Positions 1 through 11,352 of a stretch of 32,000 nt of DNA are shown here, in pieces. Under the pieces are notes generated by a model that saw nothing but the letters and a program-made list of their open reading frames with translations, did not search any database and was not told where the DNA came from. Origin of the DNA: Alkalilimnicola ehrlichii MLHE-1 (GTDB lineage: Bacteria; Pseudomonadota; Gammaproteobacteria; Nitrococcales; Halorhodospiraceae); contig NC_008340.1 in the NCBI RefSeq assembly GCF_000014785.1, forward strand, positions 1 through 32,000. Direction: 5' to 3'. The position numbers were made by a program, and so were the translations under genes. How positions within the stretch are numbered: the first letter of the stretch is position 1; each line of letters begins with the position of its first letter.

Positions 1-74
1 TCTCCGGCCCGTCGGTACACTCGGGGCACACCCACCCGCAGACGCTATCCCGTGTCGAGGTACGCCGTTTATCC

Positions 75-1430
75 ATGGAGAATTCGCTCTGGAAACAATG
101 CCTGCGCCGTTTGGAGCAGGAGATCCCGGACCAGCAACTCAACACTTGGATCCGACCGCTGCAGGCCCAGGAGGAAGAGGATCGGCTGCGCCTGCTGGCG
201 CCCAACCGCTTCGTCCTCGACTGGGTCAAGGCCCACTTCGCCGACCGCATCACTGAGCTGTTGAGTGCGCAGCGCCCGGACCGTCCGCCCCGCCTCGAAC
301 TGCAGATCGGTAGCAGTGCGGTGGTGGCCCCGCCGCGGCGCCGCCAGGTTTCGGTGACCACACCCAGCCCCTCGGCAGCGGCCGACCAGACGCCGGCCAC
401 CCGTTCAGCGGCCAGCAACCTGAACAGTAACTTCACCTTCGACACCTTCGTCGAGGGCAAATCCAACCAGCTCGCCCGGGCCGCCAGCATGCAGGTGGTG
501 GAGAACCCGGGCACCGCCTACAACCCGCTGTTCCTCTACGGCGGTGTGGGGCTGGGCAAGACCCACCTGATGCACGCCGTGGGCAACGCCATGCTGCGCC
601 GGCGGCCTGAGGCCCGGGTGCTCTACCTACACTCGGAGCGCTTCGTTGCCGACATGGTGAAGGCCCTGCAGCACAACGCCATCAACGAATTCAAGCGCCA
701 CTACCGCATGGTGGATGCACTACTGATCGACGATATTCAGTTCTTTGCCCGCAAGGAGCGCTCTCAGGAAGAGTTTTTCCATACCTTCAACGCCCTGCTG
801 GAGGGCGAACAGCAGGTCATCATGACCTGCGACCGGTATCCCAAGGAGGTCAACGGCCTGGAGGAGCGACTCAAATCGCGCTTCGGCTGGGGGCTGACAG
901 TGGCCATTGAGCCCCCGGAACTGGAAACCCGGGTCGCCATCCTGATGAGTAAGGCGCTACAGGAGGGCGTGGACCTGCCTCATGAGGTGGCCTTCTTCAT
1001 CGCCAAGCGGATTCGCTCCAATATCCGTGAACTCGAAGGGGCCCTGCGACGAGTAGTGGCCAACGCCCAGTTCACCGGCCAGGAGATCACCGTGGAGTTC
1101 ACCAAGGAGGCCCTGCGCGATCTGCTGGCGCTGCAGGACAAGCTGGTGACTATCGACAACATCCAAAAGACCGTGGCCGAGTATTACAAGATCCGGGTGG
1201 CGGACCTCCTGTCAAAACGGCGCAGTCGATCCATCACCCGCCCCCGGCAGATGGCGATGGCGCTGGCCAAGGAGTTGACCAGCCACTCCCTGCCGGAGAT
1301 CGGTGACGCCTTCGGCGGACGTGACCACACCACCGTGCTGCACGCCTGCCGAAAGGTGGAGTCGCTCTGCGCCGAGGACAGCCGGATCGAGGAAGACTAT
1401 AGCAACCTGTTGAGAACCCTCAGCACATGA
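75..1430 (+). CDS. dnaA: Chromosomal replication initiator protein DnaA
   Basis: 451-aa ORF; N-terminal [29 protein letters not shown], Walker [11 protein letters not shown], Walker [13 protein letters not shown]-terminal box-binding region [16 protein letters not shown]. Confidence 0.98.
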   Translation: MENSLWKQCLRRLEQEIPDQQLNTWIRPLQAQEEEDRLRLLAPNRFVLDWVKAHFADRITELLSAQRPDRPPRLELQIGSSAVVAPPRRRQVSVTTPSPSAAADQTPATRSAASNLNSNFTFDTFVEGKSNQLARAASMQVVENPGTAYNPLFLYGGVGLGKTHLMHAVGNAMLRRRPEARVLYLHSERFVADMVKALQHNAINEFKRHYRMVDALLIDDIQFFARKERSQEEFFHTFNALLEGEQQVIMTCDRYPKEVNGLEERLKSRFGWGLTVAIEPPELETRVAILMSKALQEGVDLPHEVAFFIAKRIRSNIRELEGALRRVVANAQFTGQEITVEFTKEALRDLLALQDKLVTIDNIQKTVAEYYKIRVADLLSKRRSRSITRPRQMAMALAKELTSHSLPEIGDAFGGRDHTTVLHACRKVESLCAEDSRIEEDYSNLLRTLST

Positions 1431-1650
1431 TGTGGATAACCCCGGGACGAAACCGAGCGGACCGATGCGACCAATCTTATCCACAGATTGTTCCACAGCG
1501 GTCCCCAGGCAAACCGCCCGCTTACTCACCCCGGAAAACAGAAGCAACCTATTGATTGAAAAAGGGAATAAAAACTTATGCACAGCGTGCTGTGCACACA
1601 GTAATAACAACAGTCTTTACTTATCTACATATTGATTATTAGGGATCGGC
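1431..1650. other. oriC: Putative oriC (dnaA-dnaN intergenic region with DnaA boxes and AT-rich stretch)
   Basis: Boxes read directly: TGTGGATAA (reverse complement of TTATCCACA) 1431-1439; TTATCCACA 1477-1485; TTATGCACA 1576-1584; near-match TTATCTACA 1621-1629; weak TGTTCCACA 1489-1497. AT-rich tract around 1545-1580 in a GC-rich background. Located between dnaA and dnaN. Confidence 0.75.
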
Positions 1651-2751
1651 ATGCGCATCGATATCCAACGCGAAGACCTGCTCAAGCCTCTACAAGCCAT
1701 CATCGGCGTCGTGGAACGACGGCAGACCCTGCCGGTGCTGGCCAACGTCCGCCTGGAGTTGGGCGACGGCCTGGCCCGGCTGACCGCTACCGATCTGGAA
1801 GTGGAACTGGTCGCCAGTCTGCCCTGCCAAGTCACGGAAGGCGGGGACATCACACTGCCGGCGAGGAAGCTGCTGGATATTTGTCGCAACCTGCCGGATC
1901 AGAGTCAGATCCAGCTTCAGGTCGACGGCGAACGGGCGAGTCTGCGGGCCGGGCGGAGTCGGTTCACCCTCGCCACACTGTCGGCGGACGATTACCCGAG
2001 CATCGAAGACATTGGCGCCCGGGAGACCGTGCGGCTGCCCCAGGGGCAACTGAGGAAGCTGATTGAGCGCACACACTTTTCCATGGCCGTGCAGGATGTC
2101 CGGTACTATCTGAACGGGCTGATGGTGGAGCTGGAACCGGCGATGGCGCGCATGGTGGCCACCGACGGCCACCGCCTGGCACTGGCCGAGCAAGCCATCG
2201 ACACCGGGGTCGAGGCACCGCGTCAGGTGATTGTCCCGCGCAAGGGGGTTCAGGAACTGTTACGGTTGTTGGATCACAGCGATGAGGGGGCCGACCTGGA
2301 GTTGGGCGACAACCATATCCGGGTCAAGCTCGGGGACGTCCGGTTCACCTCCAAATTGATCGATGGCCGCTTCCCGGACTACCGTCGGGTGGTGCCGGAG
2401 GCCACCGAGACCCCCGCGACAGTGAATCGGGAGGACCTTCGCCACGCCCTCCTCCGGGTCTCGATCCTATCCAACGAAAAGTACCGCGGTGTCCGGTTCC
2501 TGCTCGACGGTGGTACGCTCAAGGTCGCATCGCACAACCCCGAGCAGGAGGAGGCCGAAGAGGAGGTCTCGGTCGACTACGGCGGGGCCCCGCTGGAGGT
2601 CGGCTTCAATGCCGGGTATGTGCTCGATGCGCTGGGGGCGTTGGACGATGAGGATGTTCGCCTGACACTCCGGGACAGCGCGAGCAGTGGGCTGATCCAA
2701 GGGGTAGACGACCAGACCTCAAGGTACGTCGTCATGCCCATGCGCCTGTGA
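1651..2751 (+). CDS. dnaN: DNA polymerase III subunit beta (sliding clamp)
   Basis: 366-aa ORF; MRIDIQREDLLKPLQAIIGVVERRQTLPVLANV... and C-terminal ...YVVMPMRL typical of DnaN; position after dnaA. Confidence 0.98.
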   Translation: MRIDIQREDLLKPLQAIIGVVERRQTLPVLANVRLELGDGLARLTATDLEVELVASLPCQVTEGGDITLPARKLLDICRNLPDQSQIQLQVDGERASLRAGRSRFTLATLSADDYPSIEDIGARETVRLPQGQLRKLIERTHFSMAVQDVRYYLNGLMVELEPAMARMVATDGHRLALAEQAIDTGVEAPRQVIVPRKGVQELLRLLDHSDEGADLELGDNHIRVKLGDVRFTSKLIDGRFPDYRRVVPEATETPATVNREDLRHALLRVSILSNEKYRGVRFLLDGGTLKVASHNPEQEEAEEEVSVDYGGAPLEVGFNAGYVLDALGALDDEDVRLTLRDSASSGLIQGVDDQTSRYVVMPMRL

Positions 2752-2815
2752 GCGCCGAAACGGTGACAGGCGTAATGGCGGTGGTCGGCAAACGCCCCGG
2801 GTGGTGATGGGCATT

Positions 2816-3880
2816 ATGTCACTGGCGGCCGAAGGGGTGCGCAACCTCCAGCCGTTTGAGCTTACGCCTGGCGCCGGAATCAACGTGGTGGTGGGTGCCA
2901 ACGCCGCGGGGAAGACGAGCCTGTTGGAGGCCATCTACTTCGTGGCGCGGACCCGGTCCTTCCGCGCCACGCGGACGGCGCAAATGATCGGGAACGGTCA
3001 TGAGGCCTTGTGGGTTCGGGCTCAGACTCAGGGGCATACCATCGGGGTCGCCCGGGACAGCCAGGAGACGCAGGTCCGTCTGGACGGTCGGGACGGGCGA
3101 AGCCTTTCCGAACTGGCCCGCTACCTACCGGTGCAGGTCATCAATAGTGAGCACCAGCGGTTATTGCTGGACGGCCCTGCCGTGCGGCGCAGTTTTTTGA
3201 ACTGGGCGGTGTTCCACGTGGAACCACAGTTCTCAACTGTGTGGGGCCGTTACGTCCGCGCCCTCCGGCAGCGCAATGCTGCCCTCAAGGCGGGCGAGTC
3301 CCGCTTGGCGTGGGCCTACGACGAGGGCCTCATCGAAACGGCCGACACCATCGACCGTAACCGGCGCCACCTCATCGACGCCCTGGAGCCGCGCTGGTCG
3401 GCCTTGGTCCGCCGCTGGCTGCCGGACGAACCGGTGGCCCTCCATTACCGCCCGGGCTGGCGGAGCGACGAGCCGCTCGCTGATCGCCTTGAAGCCCAGC
3501 GGGAGTTGGATCGTCAGCGGGGGTTCACCAACAGTGGGCCGCATCGCGCCGATCTGAGTTTCCGCGTGGCCGGTGTCGAGGCCCAGCACCGGCTCTCGCG
3601 CGGACAGCAAAAGCTTCTGGTGCTCGCCCTGCTGCTCGCCCAGGCAGCGGTTACCCACACCCTGACCGGCCAGTCGCTCACCTTGTTGGTGGATGACCTC
3701 GCTGCGGAGCTCGACCCGGCGCGGCGTGCCGCCGTGGTGGAGGCGATCGCCTCCAGTGGCAATCAGGCCTTCCTGACCGCCATTGAGCCGGGCGATATCC
3801 CCCTCGCCCCCGACGCCGCGCAATGGTTCCACGTGGAACAGGGCCGTATTCACTCCGGCCCGCCGCCGGCGGCCGGCTGA
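2816..3880 (+). CDS. recF: DNA replication and repair protein RecF
   Basis: ORF 2801-3880, with likely start at the internal ATG 2816 (MSLAAEGVRNLQPFEL). Walker A GANAAGKTSLLEAIYF, signature RLSRGQQKLLVLALLLAQA, Walker B LLVDDLAAELD; between dnaN and gyrB. Confidence 0.95.
   Translation: MSLAAEGVRNLQPFELTPGAGINVVVGANAAGKTSLLEAIYFVARTRSFRATRTAQMIGNGHEALWVRAQTQGHTIGVARDSQETQVRLDGRDGRSLSELARYLPVQVINSEHQRLLLDGPAVRRSFLNWAVFHVEPQFSTVWGRYVRALRQRNAALKAGESRLAWAYDEGLIETADTIDRNRRHLIDALEPRWSALVRRWLPDEPVALHYRPGWRSDEPLADRLEAQRELDRQRGFTNSGPHRADLSFRVAGVEAQHRLSRGQQKLLVLALLLAQAAVTHTLTGQSLTLLVDDLAAELDPARRAAVVEAIASSGNQAFLTAIEPGDIPLAPDAAQWFHVEQGRIHSGPPPAAG
3210..3225. promoter_or_regulatory. parS-like centromere site (ParB binding) inside recF
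   Basis: TGTTCCACGTGGAACC, containing the perfect palindrome GTTCCACGTGGAAC; matches the parS consensus known from Pseudomonas/gammaproteobacteria. Confidence 0.8.
3825..3840. promoter_or_regulatory. parS-like centromere site (ParB binding) inside recF, second copy
   Basis: GGTTCCACGTGGAACA, the exact reverse complement of the 3210-3225 site (TGTTCCACGTGGAACC). Confidence 0.8.
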
Positions 3881-3933
3881 CCCGATAGGCCTGGGCCCCG
3901 CCCTTGCTCCGGGTGATATACTCGTTCCCTTAA

Positions 3934-6369
<2,436 letters not shown>

Positions 6370-6396
6370 TCCGTCCGTGGGGGAGAGGGCCGGGCC

Positions 6397-7170
6397 ATGG
6401 ACTCTGGGCACAAGACGCACCTCTGGCGGCGACCGGACCTGGCCTTCTTCCTCGATCTCGACGGCACCCTCCTCCCCATCGTCCCCCATCCCGACGACGC
6501 CACGCTGGACGCTTGTGGCCGCACCGTCCTGCGCGAGCTGATGGCGCTCAGTGGCGGCGCCGTCGCCCTGGTCAGTGGCCGCACCATCTCCGCCGTCGAC
6601 CGGGTCGTCGAGCCGCTGCGCCTGCCGGTGGCGGGGGTGCACGGGGCGGAATGGCGCGATCCCGCCGGCCGCTACCACCGGCCCTCTGCGCCCTCGCCGC
6701 GGCTCATGACGGCCCTTCGCGATCGCCTCCGCGCCCTCACCGCCGCCTACCCGGGAACCTTCGTCGAGGAGAAGGGCATCGCCCTTGCCGTTCACTTCCG
6801 CCGGGCGCCCGAATACCAAATGCCGATCCAGCGGGCCCTGAGTGAGATCGCGGCCGGCGCCGCCGGTCAGCTCACGCTGCAAGCCGGCAAGTGCGTCTAC
6901 GAACTTCGCCCGGCCGACGGGGACAAGGGCCGGGCGGTCAGACACTTTATGGCCGAGGCCCCGTTCGCCAGCCGGGCCCCGGTCTACCTGGGCGATGACC
7001 TGACGGATGAACACGCCTTTGTGGCAGTGAATGCCCTGGGCGGCTATAGCATTAAGGTGGGTGCCGGTCACACCGAGGCGCGCTGGCGCCTGCCCGATCA
7101 ACCGGCGGTGATCGACTGGCTCCGAGGAAATCGTCCGGCCGCCGCTATCAGGGGGGAGCACGGTGACTGA
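6397..7170 (+). CDS. otsB: Trehalose-6-phosphate phosphatase
   Basis: 257-aa HAD-superfamily protein; FFLDLDGTLLPIVPHPD, LVSGRTISAVDRVVEPL, VYLGDDLTDEHAFVAVN; clustered with otsA. Confidence 0.92.
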   Translation: MDSGHKTHLWRRPDLAFFLDLDGTLLPIVPHPDDATLDACGRTVLRELMALSGGAVALVSGRTISAVDRVVEPLRLPVAGVHGAEWRDPAGRYHRPSAPSPRLMTALRDRLRALTAAYPGTFVEEKGIALAVHFRRAPEYQMPIQRALSEIAAGAAGQLTLQAGKCVYELRPADGDKGRAVRHFMAEAPFASRAPVYLGDDLTDEHAFVAVNALGGYSIKVGAGHTEARWRLPDQPAVIDWLRGNRPAAAIRGEHGD

Positions 7171-8950
7171 TCTCAACCAGGCGCTAATCGGCAATTGCAG
7201 CTTCGCTGCCCTGGTCAACCGGGAGGCCGAGGTTACCTGGGCCTGTATGCCCCGGTTCGACGGTGATCCGGTGTTCTGCAGTCTCCTTGGGGACCCCGGT
7301 GTCGGTGACGGCCACGGCCGTTTCGCCATCCTTCTCGAGGGCCTTGCCCGCAGTGAACAGGCCTACGACCGCAACACCGCCATCCTCCGCACCCGCCTCT
7401 ACGACCACCAGGGCGGGGTTGTGGAGGTCCTCGATTTTGCACCCCGATTCAAACAGTTCGGCCGCAGCTTCCATCCGGTGACCCTGGTGCGCCAGGTGCG
7501 CTGCCTGGGGGGCGCTCCCCGCGTCCGGATGGTGGTCCGGCCGGTGTTCGACTACGGCACGACCCGACCGATCATCACCCACGGAAGCAATCACATCCGC
7601 TACGTCTCGGGCGAGCAGGTGCTGCGCCTTACTACCAACGCCTCACTGACCGCCATTCTTGACGAGACGCCGGTGGTGGTGGATCAGGTCTTTACCTTGA
7701 TCCTGGGACCGGACGAGACCCTGCCGCTCTCCCCGCACGAGGCCGCCAGCCAGTTCTACGAGCGCACCACTCACTACTGGCAGGAGTGGGTCCGCTACCT
7801 GGCCGTGCCCTTCGAATGGCAGGAGGCGGTAATCCGCGCCGCCATCACCCTCAAACTCAATACCTATGAAGACACTGGGGCGGTCATCGCCGCGGTGACC
7901 ACCTCGTTACCGGAGGCGCCGCATACCACCCGGAACTGGGACTACCGCTACTGCTGGCTGCGCGACGCCTATTTCGTCATCAATGCCCTCAATCGCCTGG
8001 GTGCCACCAAGACCCTGGAGGACTACGCCCGCTTCATCATCAACACCACCGCGTCCAACGGTCAGCGGCCCCTGCGGCCGGTGTATCGGATCAACGGCCG
8101 GGACGATCTGGATGAGTACGTCGCCGAGGGCCTACCAGGTTACCGCGGCATGGGCCCGGTCCGGGTGGGGAACCAGGCCTATGAGCAGCAGCAGAACGAC
8201 GTCTACGGCGCGGTGATCCTTGCCACCGCCCACCTCTTCTTCGACCGCAGGCTCCGCCGCATGGGCGATGAACCCCTGTTCCGGCGGCTGGAGGTTCTGG
8301 GGGAGCAGGCGGTGGCGGTCCACGAGCAGCCGGATGCCGGGCTCTGGGAGTTTCGCGGCATGGCCGGGGTGCATACCTTCTCCGCCACCATGTGCTGGGC
8401 CGGGGTCAATGCCCTGGCGGCCATCGCCCGGGAGCTGAACCTGCCGGACCGGGCCACCTATTGGATCACCCGGGCCCATCGGATACGCCGGACCATCCGG
8501 GAGCGCGCCTGGAACCCCCGCCGCCAGTCCTATGTCGCCACCTTCGGAGGCGAGGTCCTGGACGCCAGCCTGACGCAGCTCTATGACCTGGGGTTTCTCA
8601 AACCGGGGGATCCCCGCCTTACCCAGACAGTGGTGGCCCTTGAAGGCGAACTGCGTCACGGTGATTTTCTTTTCCGCTATATTCATGAAGACGACTTCGG
8701 AAAACCGACCACGGCGTTCACCACCTGCACCTTCTGGTATGTCGACGCCCTGGCCGCCACCGGCCGGCGGGAGGAGGCGAGGGCGCTGTTCGAGAAGCTG
8801 CTGGCCTGCCGTAATCACGTGGGCCTGCTTTCCGAGGATATCGACCCCTACACGGGGGAGCTTTGGGGGAACTTCCCCCAGACCTATAGCATGGTGGGTC
8901 TGATCAATTCGGCGATGCGACTGAGCAAACCGTGGGAGCAGGCCTACTGA
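7163..8950 (+). CDS. Glycoside hydrolase family 15 protein (trehalase/glucoamylase-like)
   Basis: 595-aa ORF with GTG start, overlapping otsB by 8 nt; N-terminal ALIGNCSFAALVNREAEVTWACMPRFDGDPVFCSLLG, catalytic-domain motif NWDYRYCWLRDAYFVINAL, and LLSEDIDPYTGELWGNFPQTYSMVGLINSAM. Confidence 0.9.
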   Translation: MTDLNQALIGNCSFAALVNREAEVTWACMPRFDGDPVFCSLLGDPGVGDGHGRFAILLEGLARSEQAYDRNTAILRTRLYDHQGGVVEVLDFAPRFKQFGRSFHPVTLVRQVRCLGGAPRVRMVVRPVFDYGTTRPIITHGSNHIRYVSGEQVLRLTTNASLTAILDETPVVVDQVFTLILGPDETLPLSPHEAASQFYERTTHYWQEWVRYLAVPFEWQEAVIRAAITLKLNTYEDTGAVIAAVTTSLPEAPHTTRNWDYRYCWLRDAYFVINALNRLGATKTLEDYARFIINTTASNGQRPLRPVYRINGRDDLDEYVAEGLPGYRGMGPVRVGNQAYEQQQNDVYGAVILATAHLFFDRRLRRMGDEPLFRRLEVLGEQAVAVHEQPDAGLWEFRGMAGVHTFSATMCWAGVNALAAIARELNLPDRATYWITRAHRIRRTIRERAWNPRRQSYVATFGGEVLDASLTQLYDLGFLKPGDPRLTQTVVALEGELRHGDFLFRYIHEDDFGKPTTAFTTCTFWYVDALAATGRREEARALFEKLLACRNHVGLLSEDIDPYTGELWGNFPQTYSMVGLINSAMRLSKPWEQAY

Positions 8951-9004
8951 GGGATGGATGACAATGGCGCCGGGCCGCTCTATCGCCCGGTGCGGAGGTA
9001 GTCC

Positions 9005-10393
9005 ATGTCGTTGATCACCATATCGAACCGGGTTGCCCTGCCCAGCCAGCTCCAGGGGGCCCAAGGCGGACTGGCGGTGGGTCTGCGCAGTGCACTGGAG
9101 GATGGCGGTGGGCTCTGGTTCGGTTGGGACGGTCGCCACGAACCCCGGTTACCCGATCCCCGCCCACTGGCGGTGCAGAACGCCAACGGCGTGCGCTACG
9201 CCACCCTGCGCCTGACTCGTGCCGAGTACGAGCGGTTCTATCTCGGCTTCTCCAACCAGGTGCTCTGGCCCCTGTTCCATTACCGCTTGCCCTATGTCCA
9301 CTGCCAACGGGCGGATCGGGAAGGGTACTGGGCCGTCAACCGCCTGTTCGCGGATCGGCTGCCCGATCTACCGGACGCCGAGTCGCCCATCTGGATCCAC
9401 GATTACCACTTCATTCCCCTGGGCCAGATGTTGCGGGAGCGGGGGATCACTAACCCCCTGGGCTTTTTCCTCCACACCCCCTTCCCGGCTTGGGATGTCT
9501 ACCGCGCATTGCCGGATCACCAGGCCCTGCTGGAAGCCCTCTGCGCCCATGACCTGGTGGGCTTCCAAACCGACCTGGATCGTGACAACTTCCTGGACTG
9601 TCTGCGCCACACCGACGCCATCGAGGTGATCGACACGGCCCGGGCGCGCTACCGCGGCCGGGTGGTCCACATCGGCGTCTTCCCGATCGGTATCGACGTG
9701 GACTCTGTGGCCGCCCACGCCCGGCACGGCTTCTACTCGCAGCAGGGACGCCGGTTGCAGGCCAGCCTTGGGGACAGACGCCTGATCATCGGTGTTGACC
9801 GCCTGGATTACAGCAAGGGGCTGGATATCCGCTTCGAAGCCTATCGGCGTATGCTGGAGCGCCGCCGGGAGCACCGGGCGCGGGTCGTTTACCTGCAGAT
9901 TGCGCCGATATCGCGGGGTGAGGTGCCGGAGTACGACGAGATTCGCCGCGAACTGGAGTACCAGGCGGGTCACCTCAACTGCCAGTTCGCCGAGTACGAC
10001 TGGGCCCCGCTGCGGTACCTGAACCGCGGCTTCCACCGGGCGAACGTGCTCGGGTTTCTGTCCCGGGCCCATGTCGGGCTGGTCACCCCTATGCGCGACG
10101 GTATGAACCTCGTGGCCAAGGAGTTCGTGGCCGCCCAGGATCCGGACGACCCGGGTGTGTTGGTCCTCTCGCATTTGGCCGGGGCGGCGCGCGAGCTGGA
10201 CGCGGCGGTTCTGGTCAACCCCTACGATCCCGATGAGGTGGCGGAGCGGCTTCACCAGGCGCTGACCATGCCGTTAGCGGAGCGGCGTGAGCGTTGGACC
10301 CGCATGATCCGGTGCCTGCGCGAGCAGGACATTACCTGTTGGCGTGACGACTACCTGCAGGCCCTGCAGACGGCGGCCGGTGCGTCCGGGTGA
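9005..10393 (+). CDS. otsA: Alpha,alpha-trehalose-phosphate synthase
   Basis: 462-aa GT20 protein; ISNRVALPSQLQGAQGGLAVGLRSAL, WIHDYHFIPLGQMLRERG, GVDRLDYSKGLDIRFEAY, VGLVTPMRDGMNLVAKEFVAAQDPDDPGVLVLSHLAGAARELDAAVLVNPYD. Confidence 0.95.
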   Translation: MSLITISNRVALPSQLQGAQGGLAVGLRSALEDGGGLWFGWDGRHEPRLPDPRPLAVQNANGVRYATLRLTRAEYERFYLGFSNQVLWPLFHYRLPYVHCQRADREGYWAVNRLFADRLPDLPDAESPIWIHDYHFIPLGQMLRERGITNPLGFFLHTPFPAWDVYRALPDHQALLEALCAHDLVGFQTDLDRDNFLDCLRHTDAIEVIDTARARYRGRVVHIGVFPIGIDVDSVAAHARHGFYSQQGRRLQASLGDRRLIIGVDRLDYSKGLDIRFEAYRRMLERRREHRARVVYLQIAPISRGEVPEYDEIRRELEYQAGHLNCQFAEYDWAPLRYLNRGFHRANVLGFLSRAHVGLVTPMRDGMNLVAKEFVAAQDPDDPGVLVLSHLAGAARELDAAVLVNPYDPDEVAERLHQALTMPLAERRERWTRMIRCLREQDITCWRDDYLQALQTAAGASG

Positions 10394-11340
10394 GCGCCAT
10401 GAGCTCTTACCTCCTGGCCGACATCGGCGGCACCCATACCCGTATCGCCCTCGCGACGCCGGGCGGGGAACCGCAGCAAAGGCACCGCTACCGTAACAGC
10501 GAGCTTGGCGATCCCCTTTCCGGTCTGCAGCATTTTCTCGCTCAGGTCGCACCAGCCCGCCCCACGACCCTGGCGATCGCCGTGGCCGGCCCGGTCCAGG
10601 GCGGGCGTGTTCAGTTGACGAACCGAAGCTGGATGCTGCACGACGGCAGCCTGGCCCGCGCCCTCGGGCTCGATGCCGTGCACCTCTACAATGACTTTCA
10701 GGCGCTCGCCCGTGCCCTCCCCCTGCTCTGCGCTTCCTCGGTGCGGCCGTTGGCGCCGGGTGTTGCCGAGCCGGGGGCGCCGCGGGCGGTTCTGGGTCCC
10801 GGTACCGGCTTGGGGGTGGCTGCCGCCGTGCCCTGCCCGGCGGGTTGGTCGGCGCTCGCCTGTGAAGGGGGGCATGTCACCCTGGCACCGGGCGATGTGG
10901 CGGAGAGCACCCTGATCGATCGCCTGCGGCAGCAGTTGGATCACGTGTCGGCGGAGGCGGTACTGTGCGGTGCCGGGCTCTGCCGGCTGCACGCCGTGCT
11001 GCATGGGGCGCCCTGTGACGATCCGAAGGCGATCACCGAGGCGGGGCGCGCCGGCGATCCCCGGGCGACTGAGACCATCCAGCGGTTCTTCAGCCTGCTT
11101 GGCGGGTTTGCCGGCAACCTGGCGTTGACCCTCGGCGCCCGCGGCGGTCTCTACCTTGCCGGAGGGATGCTGCCAGCGCTGTGGCAACCGATGCAGGAGT
11201 CCGCCTTCCTCGAGCGCTTCCGGGCCAAGGGACGGTTTCGCGATTACCTCACGGCCATTCCGGTCCTGCTCATCCGCGACCCGGAGGGTGCCACCCTCCT
11301 CGGCCTGCGCGCCCTGCTCGATGACGCCGGGGGCGGTTGA
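10390..11340 (+). CDS. glk: Glucokinase
   Basis: 316-aa ORF overlapping otsA by 4 nt; YLLADIGGTHTRIALA, AVAGPVQGGRVQLTNRSW, FQALARALPLL, GLYLAGGMLPAL. Confidence 0.92.
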   Translation: MSAMSSYLLADIGGTHTRIALATPGGEPQQRHRYRNSELGDPLSGLQHFLAQVAPARPTTLAIAVAGPVQGGRVQLTNRSWMLHDGSLARALGLDAVHLYNDFQALARALPLLCASSVRPLAPGVAEPGAPRAVLGPGTGLGVAAAVPCPAGWSALACEGGHVTLAPGDVAESTLIDRLRQQLDHVSAEAVLCGAGLCRLHAVLHGAPCDDPKAITEAGRAGDPRATETIQRFFSLLGGFAGNLALTLGARGGLYLAGGMLPALWQPMQESAFLERFRAKGRFRDYLTAIPVLLIRDPEGATLLGLRALLDDAGGG

Positions 11341-11352
11341 ACCGGTGGCCGG

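Noticed and set aside
8968-8995. GCGCCGGGC...GCCCGGTGC stem-loop between the GH15 gene and otsA
   Set aside because: Short, contains a G-T pair and has no T-run; not strong enough to call a terminator or attenuator.
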